From Polyangiales bacterium (GTDB lineage Bacteria; Myxococcota_A; Polyangia; Polyangiales; Polyangiaceae): a stretch of DNA of 32,000 nt. Made by a program: the position numbers and the translations under genes. The notes under the pieces were generated by a model, which saw only the letters and a list, made by a program, of their open reading frames with translations, had not been told where the DNA came from and made no database searches. Every line of letters starts with the position of its first letter. Position 1 is the stretch's first letter. Below are positions 31,720-32,000 of the stretch, piece by piece. The stretch is from the NCBI GenBank assembly GCA_038252755.1, contig JBBSAB010000066.1:1-32000 (forward strand), given 5' to 3'.

Positions 31720-32000
31720 TCGGGTCTGCCCCGAAGCGCACGGTGCCGCACTGGTGACTGTTGGTTTCGATCGGCATGAATTGGTAGATGAACTCCGCGT
31801 AGCCGACCGAGCGCAGCATCGCTTCGGCAACGTGCGCCAGCCGTTGATGAGCGGCAATGTTCTTGAACCGGCGCCGTACCCGGATGCTGTCATCGTCGCC
31901 CAACGTCACGCGATTCTCCGCATCTGGCAGGTCTTCGGTCATCAGCCACCAGTCGGTGCTGTGGCGAGCGATCCGCTTGCGCTCGTCGAGCGACAGCTCC
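31565..32000 (-). CDS. GMC family oxidoreductase, C-terminal part (gene continues past the right edge)
   Basis: GMC_oxred_C signature NSHQCGTVRFG...VVDASFFPSSAAMNPALTIAAQALRVAEKL. The frame stays open upstream of the listed Met through to position 32000 (..ELSLDERKRIARHSTDWWLMTEDL). Confidence 0.85.
   Translation of the reverse strand, partial: ELSLDERKRIARHSTDWWLMTEDLPDAENRVTLGDDDSIRVRRRFKNIAAHQRLAHVAEAMLRSVGYAEFIYQFMPIETNSHQCGTVRFGADPTTSVLDQHCKAWDADNLYVVDASFFPSSAAMNPALTIAAQALRVAEKLAAQ

Overview
High-GC (roughly 60-70% in the stretches I counted by eye) bacterial chromosomal window, densely coding: about 28 protein-coding genes. I found no rRNA, tRNA, CRISPR array, transposase or integrase. 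The gene content (a eukaryotic-like Ser/Thr kinase with a huge accessory domain, a seven-blade RCC1-repeat lipoprotein, and many secreted or lipoproteins with long Gly/Ser/Ala/Thr linkers after the signal-peptide Cys) suggests a Myxococcota-like organism; this is inference only. Recognisable genes include a tRNA-dihydrouridine synthase, a SEC-C motif protein, a PhyH-family dioxygenase, a GH105/GH88-type hydrolase, MtfA (M90 peptidase), MenB, an MsrQ/YedZ-like heme membrane protein, a family-B DNA polymerase, a class I methyltransferase, an AraC regulator, a GFA-family protein, a SASA-type O-acetylesterase, a Tyr-phosphatase-like lipoprotein and a partial GMC oxidoreductase. Candidates worth a second look: (1) a translationally coupled HExxH metallopeptidase plus Ddl-like ATP-grasp ligase pair; (2) a coupled pair made of a TPM-domain protein split by a TM hairpin and a membrane protein with two Tim44-like/zinc-ribbon modules; (3) a PigN/GPI-EtNP-transferase-like membrane phosphotransferase downstream of polB; (4) an 1107-aa kinase with an ~820-aa helical N-terminal region and an insert in the catalytic core; (5) a 192-bp element with perfect 34-bp inverted arms and an AT-rich inner hairpin in an intergenic region, plus related small palindromes elsewhere; (6) an orphan msrQ-like gene coupled to the RCC1 lipoprotein gene. 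All family assignments come from motif recognition by eye. No database search was run.
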